A DNA stretch of 64,000 nucleotides from Pristiophorus japonicus (GCF_044704955.1 NC_091977.1:333250001-333314000); one strand, 5' to 3'. Shown: positions 24,081 to 36,500, counted from the first letter of the stretch. Notes: a model not told the origin generated them from the sequence alone. Numbers and translations: made by a program.

Positions 24081-24492
24081 ATGTCGTTCAATTGTCTAGT
24101 TGTGGGGCTGATACTTTCTTCCAGTAAGTGTGTCAGGAATCAGTTTGTGATTTTTGCCTATCGTTCTAAACCATTTGGCTTTGCTGTGTTTTCTTTGCAG
24201 GTGGGTATTTTGCCGAGGTCTTGAAGCAGTTTCCGATATCGATCACCAAGCCTAAGACTGCCACGGTCAAAATACAATGCGTGACACAGAACACAGAAAT
24301 TATCCACTGGTACCAACACCGACCTAACGAGGCGCCGAGAAGAATAATCCATTCTAGCAAGAGCCGAACGGTGCTAGAGTCGGGAACCCCAGCCAAGTTC
24401 TCAGCTGAGAAGAGTGACTCTTCATTCTTTCTTGTAATTGATAACATTGAACTATCGGATTCTGCCATGTATTATTGTGCCTACTGGTTCTC
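24081..24492 (+). CDS. TRGV: T-cell receptor gamma variable gene segment V4 (leader 24081..24123, intron 24124..24200, V exon 24201..24492)
   Basis: Leader MSFNCLVVGLILSS, GTAAGT..ttgcAG; V exon EVLKQFPISITK..KIQC..IHWYQHRP..DSAMYYCAYWF; 23-RSS follows. Confidence 0.92.
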
Positions 24493-24531
24493 CACAGTGC
24501 GAAACAACTATAGAAACCCATTACAAAAACC
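24493..24531 (+). other. 23-RSS (V4), full consensus
   Basis: CACAGTG + cgaaacaactatagaaacccatt (23 nt) + ACAAAAACC. Confidence 0.97.
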
Positions 24532-24877
24532 TCCAGGGCTCCCCGCTGCTCACAAGTTCACATGACAAGAGGTGAATCTTTTTGCTTGGAGTTCCAAATT
24601 ACTTTCCCCGATTGTTAATGACAGCTATTTTTTTTCTGAGTATAATCTCCATATATTTTACAATGAAATAAATGCACAAAGTGAAAGGAGTGATATTGTT
24701 CATTATTTTCAACTCTCTTTGGAAAGTCCTGCATTAAAAAGAAAATGCAACCTATAATTGATTCACGGTATTTTCTCCTGTTTATTCAGTTCTCAAAAAT
24801 GTACGTTCATATATACATTTTATGAAGCAGTGCATTACATATACATTGTATAAGGTCCACGTTCACACATATTTTAT

Positions 24878-25995
24878 AGAATCATAGAATGGTTACAGCA
24901 CGGAAGAAGGCTATTCGGCCCATCAAGCCCATGCCGTCTCTTAGCTATTCCCACTCCCCCGCCCTTCCCCAAAGCCCTGCAATTTTTTTCTTTCAGATAC
25001 TTATCCCATTCCCCATTGAAAGATAAAATAGAACCTGCTTTCACCACCCTTTCAGGCAGTGCATTCCAGATCTTTACCATTCGCTGCATACATTTTTTTT
25101 CTTAAGTTGCTTTTGGTTCTTCTGCCAATCACCTTAAATCTGTGTCCTGTCGTTCTCAACCCTTCTGCGAATGGGAACAGTTTCTCTCTGTCTACTCTGT
25201 CCGGATCCCTCATGTTTTGAACACCTCTTTCAAATCTCCTTTCAATCTTCTCTGTGCCAAGGAGAACAACCCCAGCTTCTCCAGTCTATGAACACAACTG
25301 AAGTCCCTCATTCCTTTGCAGGAATTCTCATTCTCATAAATCTTTTCTGCACCTCCTAAAGTGTGCTGCCCAGAATTGGACACAATGCTCCAGTTGCAGC
25401 CGAACCAATGTTTTATACAGGATCATCATAATTTCCACACTTTTGTACTCTATATCTCTATTTAAGAAACCCAGGATCCTATAAGCCTTTTTAACTGCTT
25501 TCTCAACCTGCCTTGCCACCTTCAATGATTTATGCACATATACCCCTAGGTCTCTATGTTCGTGCACCCACTTTAGGATTGTACCATTTAGTTTATATGT
25601 TCTCTCCTCATTCTTTCTACCAAAATGCATCACTTGACACCTTCCTGCATTAAATTTCATCTGTCATATGTCCACACATTTCACCAGCTTGTCTATGTCT
25701 TCCTGAAGTCTATCACTATCCTCCTCACTGTTCATCATACTTCCAAGTTTTGTGTCATCTACAAATTTTGAAATTGTGCACTGTACATCCACGTTCATGT
25801 CATTGATATATATCAAGAAAAGCAGTGGTCCTGGAACTGAGGAACACCACTGTATACCTTCCTCCAGTCCAAAAAACAAACATTCATCGCTACTTTCCGT
25901 TTTCTGTCACTTAGCCAATTTTGTCTCCAGGCTGCCACTGTCCCTTTTATTCCATGGGCTTCAATTTTTCAGGCAGGCCTATTATGTGGCACTTT
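24878..25995 (-). mobile_element. CR1 3' fragment
   Basis: ORFs 25664..25879(-) KFVDDTKLG and 25334..25660(-) YKTLVRLQLEHCVQFW; (atagaatc)n tail. Confidence 0.85.
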
Positions 25996-26696
25996 GCTTG
26001 TGGAATTTACAATCAAGTGTGCATTTTGTGACCCCAGAACACATTCCAAGTTGCCTGGGGCATGTGGAGGTAATGAGCGACTCATTCCAATGTGAGTTCA
26101 CACTGCCAGCGATACTTGTCCAAGGGTTGGGGAAGATTGCTTGCCCTTAGTTTCTGGAGATTAGTCAGACCTGTGTGCAATGGAAGGACTCTCCATCCTA
26201 GTAGTGATGTTGGTTGGGGTGATTACACCATAGTTGCTGGGTGAATTACTGTGCTGGAGGGGGAGGGGAGGGGAGGCTTGATGCACCATGATTCCCGCCA
26301 AACTTGCACCCCAGGCTATCTGACACATTTCCTGTTCCAGGAGTAGGCCAAATATCGTTCATTCTGGTTGGAATTTAACCCAGGTTGTTCACTTAACCTT
26401 CTGTGAAGGGAATGACTGATGTGATAGAGAGTCTGTTGCATCAGTCATTGTACCACTCCCATCTGAAAATGGGATTAGCCTACAAGTGGGTGAGACAAAC
26501 CAGTGAGACGGGCGTCACGGCAATTGTGGGATTTGGACCAGGTATACAAGGGCAACATAATCCATTCTAAAAATGATTGTGGGGAAGGCAACCGTCCCCC
26601 ATCACGCATCAATGGTTGTGCAGATGGGCGTGTAGCAGCTGTGTTACACTGTATGTCATTATTTTGTAATTGTACACATTATCCTGGTAATGAATC

Positions 26697-26901
26697 TATT
26701 ATGTATGTAACTATGTAATACTTGCCACCAGAGGGCGCGACAGTTGGAGTCCTAATGGTCAACTGCACACACGTGCAGGGCCAGTATAAAAGATTGGCTG
26801 CCATGTTGTTTAGGCACTCTGGAGTTGTAATAAAGAAGACTAAGGTCACACTAAGTTTAGCTCACAGTACTCAGCCTCGTGGAGTTCTTCTATACACAAC
26901 A
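26697..26901 (+). mobile_element. Solo LTR of a related Gypsy family
   Basis: Shares gccaccagaggg, TATAAA, AATAAA, aagactaaggtcacact and ..atacacaaca with the other LTRs; flanked by GAATC/GGATC (5-bp TSD, one mismatch). Confidence 0.75.
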
Positions 26902-27127
26902 GGATCGGAGTAAAGATTAAAATTAGATGCATAAACACGTATGGAGATGAGCAGCTTCAGTTTGGAACCTGTGAGTGCGAGTTTGGAGACGAGCCTGCTG
27001 TCAAAATGGCCGAGATTGACAGCAAGGTGGGATCCCACTCTGAACCTGCTTCCTTGTCAGTTTCCCAAGTGTCGGTTCTGTCATTTCTGAACAGACGCAA
27101 CACCAAGTGGCGGGTCAGCCAATTTAA

Positions 27128-28190
27128 TAAGAACATAAGAAATAGGACCAGGAGTAGGCCATATGGCCCCTAGAGTCTGCTCCGCCATTTAATACGATCA
27201 TGGCTGATCCGATCATGGACTCAGGTCCACTTCCCTGCCTACTCCCCATAACCCCTTATTGTTTAAGAAACTGTCTATTTCTGTCTTAAATGTATTCAAT
27301 GTCCCAGCTTCTATAGCTCTCTGAGGCAGCGAATTCCACAGGTTTACCACCCTCTGAGAGAAGAAATTTCTCCTCATCTCAGTTTTAAATGGGCAGCCCT
27401 TTATTCTAAGATTATGCCCTCTAGTTCTAGCCCATCCTCTTTGCATCCACCTTGTCAAGCCCCCTCATAATCTGATATGTTTTGATAAGATCACCTCTCA
27501 TTCTTCTGAATTCCAATGAGTAGAGGCCCAACCTACTCAACCTTACCTCATAAGTCAACCCTCTCATCCCCAGAATCAACCTAGTGAACCTTCTCTGAAC
27601 TGCCTCCAAAGCAAGTATATACTTTCGTAAATATGGAAACCAAAACTGCACGCAGTATTCCAGATGTGGCTCACCGATACCATGTATAAGTGTAGCAAGA
27701 CTTCCCTGCTTTTATACTCCATCCCCTTTGCAATAAAGGCCAAGATTCCATTGGCCTTCCTGATCACTTGCTGTACCTGCATACTATCCTTTTGTGTTTC
27801 ATGCACAAGTAGTCCCAGGTCCTGCTGTACTGCAGCACTTTGCAATCTTTCTCCATTTAAATAATAACTTGCTCTTTGATTTTTTTCTGCCAAAGTTCAT
27901 GACCTTACACTTTCCAACATTATACCCCATCTGCCAAATTTTTGCCCACTCACTTAGCCTGTCTATGTTCTTTTGCAGATTTTTTGTGTCCTCCTCGCAC
28001 ATTGCTTTTCCTCACAGCTTTGTATCATCAGCAAACTTAGCTACGTTACACTCAGTCCCTTCTTCCAAATCGTTAATATAGATTGTAAATAGTTGGGGTC
28101 CCAGTACTGATCCCTGCGGCACCCCACTAGTTACTGATTACCCACCTGAGAATGAACCATTTATCTTGACTCTCTGTTTTCTGTTAGTTA
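27128..28190 (-). mobile_element. CR1 3' fragment
   Basis: ORFs 27427..27651(-), 27576..27893(-) and 27213..27458(-) are CR1 C-terminus; (aagaacat)n tail. Confidence 0.88.
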
Positions 28191-28199
28191 GTTAAAAGC

Positions 28200-29680
28200 T
28201 TGCTAAAAGGTAGTTAAGCAGGATTTTACCATTTTACCAGGTTTTAAATGAGTTTCCTGAGTGCAGTTATCATGTCAGATAAGTAAGTCGGATATTGTGT
28301 CAGCTGCAAATGGTCTATGAAAGTTCCCATTTCATATGTCTTCACTTTCCAAGGTTAGAAGCAGTTGCTGACCGCATTTAGAAGACAGATTGTCCTTTAT
28401 GCAGCTAGCAAGTGTTTGCAGCAAACCTCTCTCACCATTGACAGATCGCTTCTGCCACTACAACCTCACCTGCCATCTATTCCATCAGCATCGGTGCCTT
28501 TGAAAAAATCTCAACTTGGTTCTCAAATTCCCAATATAATCAACCCCAACACCAGGATCACCGGAAACTCTAGCAGCACTAACATTCACATCAACCTTCT
28601 CTGCAATCAACTGATGCTGCACTGGACACAGGGCATCATCATCCATGCACATTGCTGCCCAGGACACCAGTGATGGCCTCACCATGTTCAGATTTGCTTC
28701 ACTTAACACAGTACACCCTGGTCACCACATGATATGCCCGATTGGCACTACCCCATACCAGCATCATAAAACATCCCTACAATGTTCAAGCCATTCCTTT
28801 CACACTCATTACCATTGGAGCAGGGTGGAGGGGAGGGCGCTATACCTTACCATTCACTGGAACTTACTGAGACACTTTCAAAATGCACACAGATCTGTCT
28901 AAGAAGGCCAAGTGGTGAAAATAAAGATTTCAATGCTTGACAATACATTAACAAAAAATTCGCTAAAGCACCCAAGTGTCTACCCTTGTGTGCTGTTAGT
29001 TTGAATAATTGGACAAGGATGTGGGTGAGTGTGCAGGGTGGCTAGTGAGATGGGGAAATGATAATGTAGATAGAGAAGTATGGGTGGAGGTGTAAGGTAA
29101 GTTGGTGTGAGTATGGATGTTCAGGAGTAGGATAGGGAAGGCAGAGTGAGACGGATGTAATGAGTGCCACAGGAGGATGAGGTTGAGTGTGGCTTTGCAG
29201 TAACATTTCATGATCTACTGAGATAATTGAAAGGTTTGAACCACTGTAGCCAGGTCCTCCTGATGACATGCCTGCTTGTGCCCCCCTGTGCAATGTGCAA
29301 TCAAACTGTGTTAATCTCCTGGGGAGATCTCTTCTGCCCATTGGAAGGGAAGAGAGCCTCTGTGCATGCTGTGACTCCCTCCATAAGCATATGGATGATG
29401 TCATGGGAGAGCCTGAGTGCAGCCGTGCTTCCTTGTGCAGTGTTTGTCAGTGTTTGCAGCAGCTCAATGCTGTAGAACACTGATAGCACAACTGTTAAAA
29501 TGAATGTGGACTTGGCCCCTTTAAGGAAACCGGCCGATGAGGGAGGGTAGTCTTAACAAGCCCCATCATTGCAAAATCACTTGGAGGAGGTGGGATGAAG
29601 ACGGGAACGGGTTTTAAGGCTGCTGTCTTCTCCGGCCACACTGGGCTCGCCACGGCTGGCAAAATCATGGCCATGGTTTC
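28200..29680 (-). mobile_element. PIF/Harbinger DNA transposon remnant (Myb/SANT-like accessory ORF)
   Basis: ORF 29301..29489(-) ..ALRLSHDIIHMLMEGV..EALFPSNGQK.. continues past a stop into LHIA..RRTWLQWFKPFNYL, a decayed Myb/SANT-like domain; boundaries uncertain. Confidence 0.55.
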
Positions 29681-29984
29681 TGAGCTGCTAGACCAAGAAA
29701 TGTAATGGGTCAGAGATGAACAACATAGGATCCAAGGCAGGTAGGTTTCCTGCAGTTTTACTTAATTTATCTTTGGTGACCAAGGTGAAACTTTGTAGAA
29801 CCTTTCCTCAGCAGGTTGTATATGGTTTTGTGAAGGATCAGGCTTCATGGGCCAGATGGGCTATACTTCTGTTCACAGATGTGAGCCTGATTCATTTATG
29901 ACTTCGAAGCTCATTAGATATCTGGTCAGTTTCACTTGTGGAACTGCAAACTATATTGTATGGCTAGACATTAAAGGATAGAAA

Positions 29985-30280
29985 GAAGAAAGAACTTGCA
30001 TGTGCATAGCACCTTCAATGAACTCGGAATTTTCCAACGTGTTTCACAATTAATGAAGTGTTGTCATTTTTGTAATGCATGGATATGGAGCAGCCAATTT
30101 GCACTCAACAAGGTCCCTCATACAGCAATGAGCTAAATGCAAAAAATTATCTGTTTTAGTGACATTGGTTGAGGGATAAATATTGGTAGAACACCAGGAG
30201 AACACCCCTGCTTTCTTTGAATAGTGCCATGGATTGTTTTACATCCACCTAAGAGGGCTGATAGGACCTCAGTTTGAAAC
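29985..30280 (-). mobile_element. DeuSINE-like SINE fragment
   Basis: Shares gcagccaatttgc, ttggttgagggataaatattgg and aatagtgc..gggat blocks with 23050..23455. Confidence 0.65.
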
Positions 30281-30284
30281 AAAT

Positions 30285-30930
30285 AAAGAGAGAAAGAAAG
30301 TAGAGGTGAAAAATAAAGGAGAGGAGAGCAGAGAAAGAGTGAGAAATGGAGAGAAAGAAAGAGAAAGTCACAGAGAAATAAACAGGAAGCAAAAGAGAGA
30401 GTAGGAGTGAGAAAAAGAGAAAGCGGGAGAGAGTAGGAGAGAGAAAGTGAGAAAGACAGAGAAAGAGAGAAAGAGAGAAGAGGAAGAAAGAGAGAATACG
30501 AGAGAGAAAGACAGAAAGAGAAAGAGAGAGAAAGAAAGAGAGAGAGGAGAGGTAAAAGAGAGAGATAGAGAGAAAGAAAGAGAAAGTGCGAGAAAGTGAG
30601 AGAGAGCAAGAGAGAAAGAGAGAGAGAGAGACAGAGCAAAATACAGGGAGACAGAGAGAAATAGAGAGAAAGAGGAGAGAGAGTGAGAAAGGGAGCAAGA
30701 AAGGGAGAGCGAACGAGAACGAGCAGGAGAGAATGTGTGGGAGAAAGAGCGAGGGAGAGAGAATGGGAGTGAGTGAGCAGGAGAGTCAGAAAGGCAAAGT
30801 GAAAGAGAGAAAGAAAGATAGAGAAAGCGAGAGAGGTAAGGATGAATGAGGGAGAGAAAGAGAAAGAGAGAGAAAGGGGGGTGTGGGTGGGGGTGACAGA
30901 GAGAGAACGAGAGGGAGAAAGAGAAATAAG
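30285..30930. repeat. G/A-rich polypurine low-complexity tract (~650 bp)
   Basis: Degenerate (GA)n/(GAAA)n; overlapping ORFs are artefacts. Confidence 0.95.
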
Positions 30931-31642
30931 TAAAAAGTAAGATTAAGATAAAGAGCTGCACATATGAAGTAAAGATAGGTGACACATTTACTGTATGAAT
31001 GGCTTTGAAATAGCCCAGGATGAAGTTGAGAGAGACCCTGGAGTCTCAGTAGATGCAGAGCATCAATCAACTAAGACAATAGAATGTTGAGCTCCAATGG
31101 CCCAAACTGTGACTATGTCAAAGGAGGTAATGGTCAAACTGTACAGTGCTCTGGTCAGACCACATCGAGCACTGTCTCCAGCTCCAGACAGACACACAGG
31201 AGACATTGAACTGCTGGAGGCAGTGCAGGGAGGAATCAAAAGGCTGTTCCTACTATCAGGCGTTTGAGTTGTGAGCAAAGATTGAAGAAATTTAGGCTCT
31301 TGGTTCTTGCCAAGAGGCGTCTGAGCGATGTTCTTAGAGGTGTGTAAGATTGTTACTGGAATGGAAAAGGTAGATCTGTAAAAAATGCCTCTCTGAATTA
31401 ATGCCTCTCGGAATAGGACAAGGGAACGTAGGACAATAGAAGGAAACTCTCGGAAGCTATCAGGAGGCTGACCACCACTAGGGAGCAACACATGGGATGC
31501 ACTTCCAGGGCAGCGTGGTTGAGCTGAAAGCCTGCTAAAACCCGATCACAGTGAATATCAAGGTGGAACGTCACAGCCACCAAATGCAAACGCCATCATT
31601 CAGGCTACTTGGAGAGCCAACACTGGGTAAGATCGATTGACA

Positions 31643-31650
31643 TCATTTCC
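31643..31650 (+). promoter_or_regulatory. Conserved V-promoter motif TCATTTCC (V5)
   Basis: Starts 63 nt upstream of the ATG, context TGACATCATTTCCG. Confidence 0.6.
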
Positions 31651-31705
31651 GCTATCACAGCAGCCCAGCAACAGGTATTTGTGAAGCTTGGTGTTAGATA
31701 CAAAC

Positions 31706-32147
31706 ATGATGGACCGCATCATTGTGATTTTACTGACCTTCCTCGGTCAGTATTTTAGGTTCCAACTGATCATTTTCATCAATCTCTAGCGTCCGCATTG
31801 CGAAATAATTTGATTAATTTGTATTCTTTTGTCCTGCAGGAAAATCTGTTGCTCAAACCTTGACACAGTCTCCATTATCGATGACCAGAGCTCCGATGAA
31901 AACGGTACGGTTTTACTGTAAGGTTGAAGGGACAGTGTTCGAGGATATTACCATACACTGGTACCGGCAGACCCCGGCTCAAGGGCTGCAACGCATGATG
32001 TATTTTAGGAATCCATCCGATACGAACAAGGATATGTACAACAAACTAATATCTGCTGAAAAAGTACCTGCAACCAATTCCTGCAATCTGCTTATGAGGG
32101 AGATCCAGAAGGACGATGCCGGCATCTATTACTGTGCTTATTGGAAA
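31706..32147 (+). CDS. TRGV: T-cell receptor gamma variable gene segment V5 (leader 31706..31745, intron 31746..31839, V exon 31840..32147)
   Basis: Leader MMDRIIVILLTFL, GTCAGT..ctgcAG; V exon QTLTQSPLSMTR..RFYC..IHWYRQTP..DDAGIYYCAYWK; 23-RSS follows. Confidence 0.92.
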
Positions 32148-32186
32148 CACAGTGACTGAAAGCGATGGGAAATCCATACAAAAACC
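32148..32186 (+). other. 23-RSS (V5), full consensus
   Basis: CACAGTG + actgaaagcgatgggaaatccat (23 nt) + ACAAAAACC. Confidence 0.97.
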
Positions 32187-33538
32187 AAACTTGCACGAAC
32201 ACAATCATGTTAATTTTGTGCAAATACACAAACCACAGGTGTAGCGTTCGGAGATTTCAACTAACATCTGCTTTTAACTCCACTGTGAGCTGGATAGATA
32301 GTTCGTTATTTTCACTATGTTATTTGCATATTATTTTTGAACTGGGACGAATAAAATTGCTTTGTTAAATGCGTGCGATATAATTATCACAGATCTCTCT
32401 CTCTATATATATATTCCATAAATTGATACAACAGATCACTTACTATTTAAACTAACAGCTCGGTTCTCTTCATCACATTCCAAAACCCCCCCATGATAAG
32501 TTTCAAAGCTTCCCGCAGTCACACGGCCATCACTGAATATGCCACCTAAACTGTTGTGTATGGAGAAAGAGTCAGACTGAACACTGAGCTCAAAGTAAAG
32601 TGTGACCTTAGTCTTTTATTGCAGGTCTCCAGAGTGACTCTCCAACCTGTGAAGCCTCCTAAAATACCTGTGCTCCCAAGGGATTATGGGATCCCTTGGG
32701 ATTCCAGGGGATGAGCCCTCTGGTGGCTGTACAGAGTAAATATAAGTCCACATATATAACAACACTCCGCCCCCCCTCCCCGCCCCCAAAAAGTCAATAG
32801 TGTAACTATTTACAATGTGAGTCGATCTGGGGCCATTCTTGCCCTGGCTGATCGTCTCGGTGTAAAAGCTGGTGTTGTTGAATCATTTGTTGGTCCCTCG
32901 CTGGGCTGCTGTGCAGATGACCTTGCTGGGCTGCCTGGTGTGTTGGGCCCTGCAGGGCTACTGTGGATGATGGGTTCTGCTTCATGGTCAACCATGGTGC
33001 CGGTTGCCACTGGTGTGTATGTTGGGGGATCAAAAAAGGTAGGGTCCAAGGTGGGTTGCTCAGGATAGTCCGTGAATCTAAGTTTGATTTGGTCCAAGTG
33101 TTTCCGGTGAATGAAAGTTTGACCCGAAACACCCTGCTCCCCTCTTTGGCCACGACAGTGCCGGGAAGTCACTTGGGACCTTGTCCATAATTCAATACAA
33201 ATACAGGATCATTGATTTCAATCTCGCGTGACACATTTGCGCTATCATGGTATGCACTTTGTTGAAGCCGCCTGCTCTCTACCTGTTCATGTAGATCAGG
33301 GTGAACTAACGAGCGCCTTGTCTTGAGTGCTCTTTTCATGAGCAATTCAGCAGGTGGGATCCCAGTGAGTGAGTGGGTCTCATGCGGTAGCTAAGCAGGA
33401 CTCGGGATAGGCAAGTCAGCAGTGAGCCTTCAGTGACCCTCTTCAAGCCTTGCTGGATGGTTTGCACTGCTCTCTCTGCCTGACCATTGGGCGCTGGTTT
33501 TAACGAGGCAGATGTGACATGTTTGATCTCATTACAGG

Positions 33539-36500
33539 TCATAGAAACATAGAAAATAGGTGCAGGATTAGGCCATTCGGCCCTTCGAGCCTGCACTACC
33601 ATTCAATAAGATCATGGCTGATCATTCACCTCAGTACCCCTTTCCTGTTTTCTCTCCATACCCCTTAAGGGCCTAACTCCCCCTTGAATATATCCAATGA
33701 ACTGGCATCAACAACTCTCATGCGGTAGCTAAGCAGGACTCGGGATAGGCGAGTCAGCAGTGAGCCTTCAGTGACCCTCTTCAAGCCTTGCTGGATGGTT
33801 TGCACTGCTCTCTCTGCCTGACCATTGGGCGCTGGTTTTAACGAGGCAGATGTGACATGTTTGATCTCATTACAGGTCATAGAAACATAGAAAATAGGTG
33901 CAGGATTAGGCCATTCGGCCCTTCGAGCCTGCACTACCATTCAATAAGATCATGGCTGATCATTCACCTCAGTACCCCTTTCCTGTTTTCTCTCTGAGGT
34001 AGGGAATTCCACAGGTTAACAACTCTCTGAGTGAAGAAGTTTCTCCTCATCTCAGTCCTAAATGGCTTACCCCTTACCCTTCGACTATGTCCCCTGGTTC
34101 TGGACTTCCCCAACATCGGGAACATTCTTCCTGATCTAACCTGTCCAGTGGTCTGCCATGCATTTGCCCACTCACCTAACCTGTCCAAGTCACCCTGCAG
34201 CCTCTTAACATCCTCCTCACAGCTCACACCTCCACCCAGCTTAGTGTCATCTGGAAACTTGGAGATATTACACTGAATTCCTTCATCTAAATCATTGATG
34301 TATATTGTAAATAGCTAGGTCCCAGCACTGAGCCCTGTGGCACACCACTATTCACTGCCTGCCATTCTGAAAAGGACCCGTTTATCCCGGCTCTCTGCTT
34401 CCTGTCTGCCAACCAGTTCTCTATCCACGTCAGTACATTAGCCCCAATACCACGTGCTTTAATTTTGCACACCAATCTCTTGTGTGGGACCTTATCAAAA
34501 GCCTTTTGTAAGTCCAAATACACCACATCCACTGGTTCTCCCATGTCCACTCTACCCGTTACATCCTCAAAAAATTCTAGAAGATTTGTCAAGCAGGATT
34601 TCCATTTCATAAATCCATGCTGACTTAGGCCGATCCTGTCACTGCTTTCCAAATGTGCTGCTCTTTCGTCTTTAATAATTGATTCCAACATTTTCCCCAC
34701 TACTGATGTCAGGCTAACCGGTCTATAATTATCTATTTTCTCTCTCCCTCCTTTCTTAAAAAGTGATGTTACATTAGCTAACCTCCGTCCATAGGAACCA
34801 ATCCACAGTCGATAGACTGTTGGAAAATGATCACCAATGCATCCACTATTACTAGGACCACTTCCTTATGTACTCTGGATGCAGACTATCAGACCCCGGG
34901 GATTTATCGGCCTTTAATCCCATCAATTTCCCTAACACCATATCCCGCCTAATAAGGATTTCCTTCAGTTCTTCCTTCTTACTAGACCCTCGGTCCCCTA
35001 GTATTTCCGGAAGGTTATTTGTGTCTTCCTTTGTGAAGACAGAACCAAAGTACTTGTTTAACTGGTCCACCATTTCTTTGTTCCCCATTATAAATTCACT
35101 TGAATCTGATTGCAATGGACCTACGTTTGTTTTCACTAATCTTTTTCTTTTCACCTATCTATAGAAGCTTTTGCAGTCAGTTTTTATGTTCCCAGCAAGC
35201 TTCCTCTCAAACTCTATTTTCCCCCTCCTAATTAAACCCTTTGTCCTCCTCTGCTGTATTACGAAATTCTCCCAGTCCTCAGGTCTGTTGCTTTTTCTGG
35301 CCAATTTCTATGCCTCTTCCTTGGATTTAACACTATCCTTAATTTCCCCTGTTAGCCACGGTTGAGCAACTTTCCCCGTTTTATTTTTACTCCAGACAGG
35401 GATGTACGATTGTTGAAGTTCATCCATGTGATCTTTAAATGTTTGCCATTGCCTATCCACCGTCAATCCTTTAAGTATCACTCGCCAGTGTATTCTAGCC
35501 AATTCACGTTTCATACCATCGGAATTACCTTTCCTTAAGTTCAGGACCCTGGTCTCTAAATTAACTGTGTCACTCTCCATCTTAATAAAGAATTCTATGA
35601 TATTCTGGTCACTCTTCCCCAAGGGGCCTTGCACAACAGGATTGCTAATAGTCCTTTCTCATTACTCATCAACCAGTCTAGGATGGCCAGCTCTCTAGTT
35701 GGTTCCTCGACATATTGGTCTAGAAAACCATCCCTTATACACTCCAGGAAATCCTCCTCCACCGTATTGCTACCAGTTTAGTTAGTCCAATCAATATGTA
35801 GATTAAAGTCACCCATGATAACTGCTGTACCTTTATTGAACGCATCCCTAATTTCTTATTTGATGCTGTCCCCAACCTCACTACTACTGTTTGGTGGTCT
35901 GTACACAACTCCCACTATCGTTTTCTGCCATTTGGAATTCCGTAGCTCCACCCATACAGATTCCACATCATTGAAGCTAATGTCCTTCCTTACTATTGCA
36001 CTAATTTCCTCTTTAACCAGCAACGCCACACTACCTCCTTTTCCTTTCTGTCTATCCTTCCTAAATGTTGAATACCCCTGGATGTTGAGTTCCCAGCCTT
36101 GGTCACCATGGAGCCATGTCTCCTTGATGCCAATTACATCATATCCGTTAACTGCTATCTGCACAGTTAATTCATCCACCTTATTCTGAATACTCCTCGC
36201 AATGAGGCACAGAGCCTTCAGGCTTGTTGTTTTAACACACTTTGCCCCTTTAGAATTTTGCTGTAATGTGGTTCTTTTTGGTTTTTGCCTTGGGTTTCTC
36301 TGCCTTCCACTTTTACTTTTCTTTTTTCTATCTCTTGCTTCTGTCCACATTCTACTTCCCTCTGTCTCCCTGCATAGGTTCCCATCCCCCTGCCATATTA
36401 CTTTAACTCTTCCCCAACAGCACTAGCAAACACTCCCCCTAGGACATTGGTTCTGGTCCTGCCCAAGTGCAGACCGTCCGGTTTGTTCTGATCCCACCTC

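Noticed and set aside
3991-32186. Alternative identity as IgH/IgNAR/IgL or NAR-TCR V genes
   Set aside because: Shark Ig genes are arranged as V-(D)-J-C clusters with nearby D or J segments; here five V genes lie in tandem with none, and all end in YYCA(Y/F)W as TRGV do.
32281-32330. CACTGTG followed by AGCTGGATA (S-W-I), resembling the start of a TRGJ segment
   Set aside because: No GGTTTTTGT-like nonamer at 12 or 23 nt upstream, no FGxG motif and no suitable splice donor.
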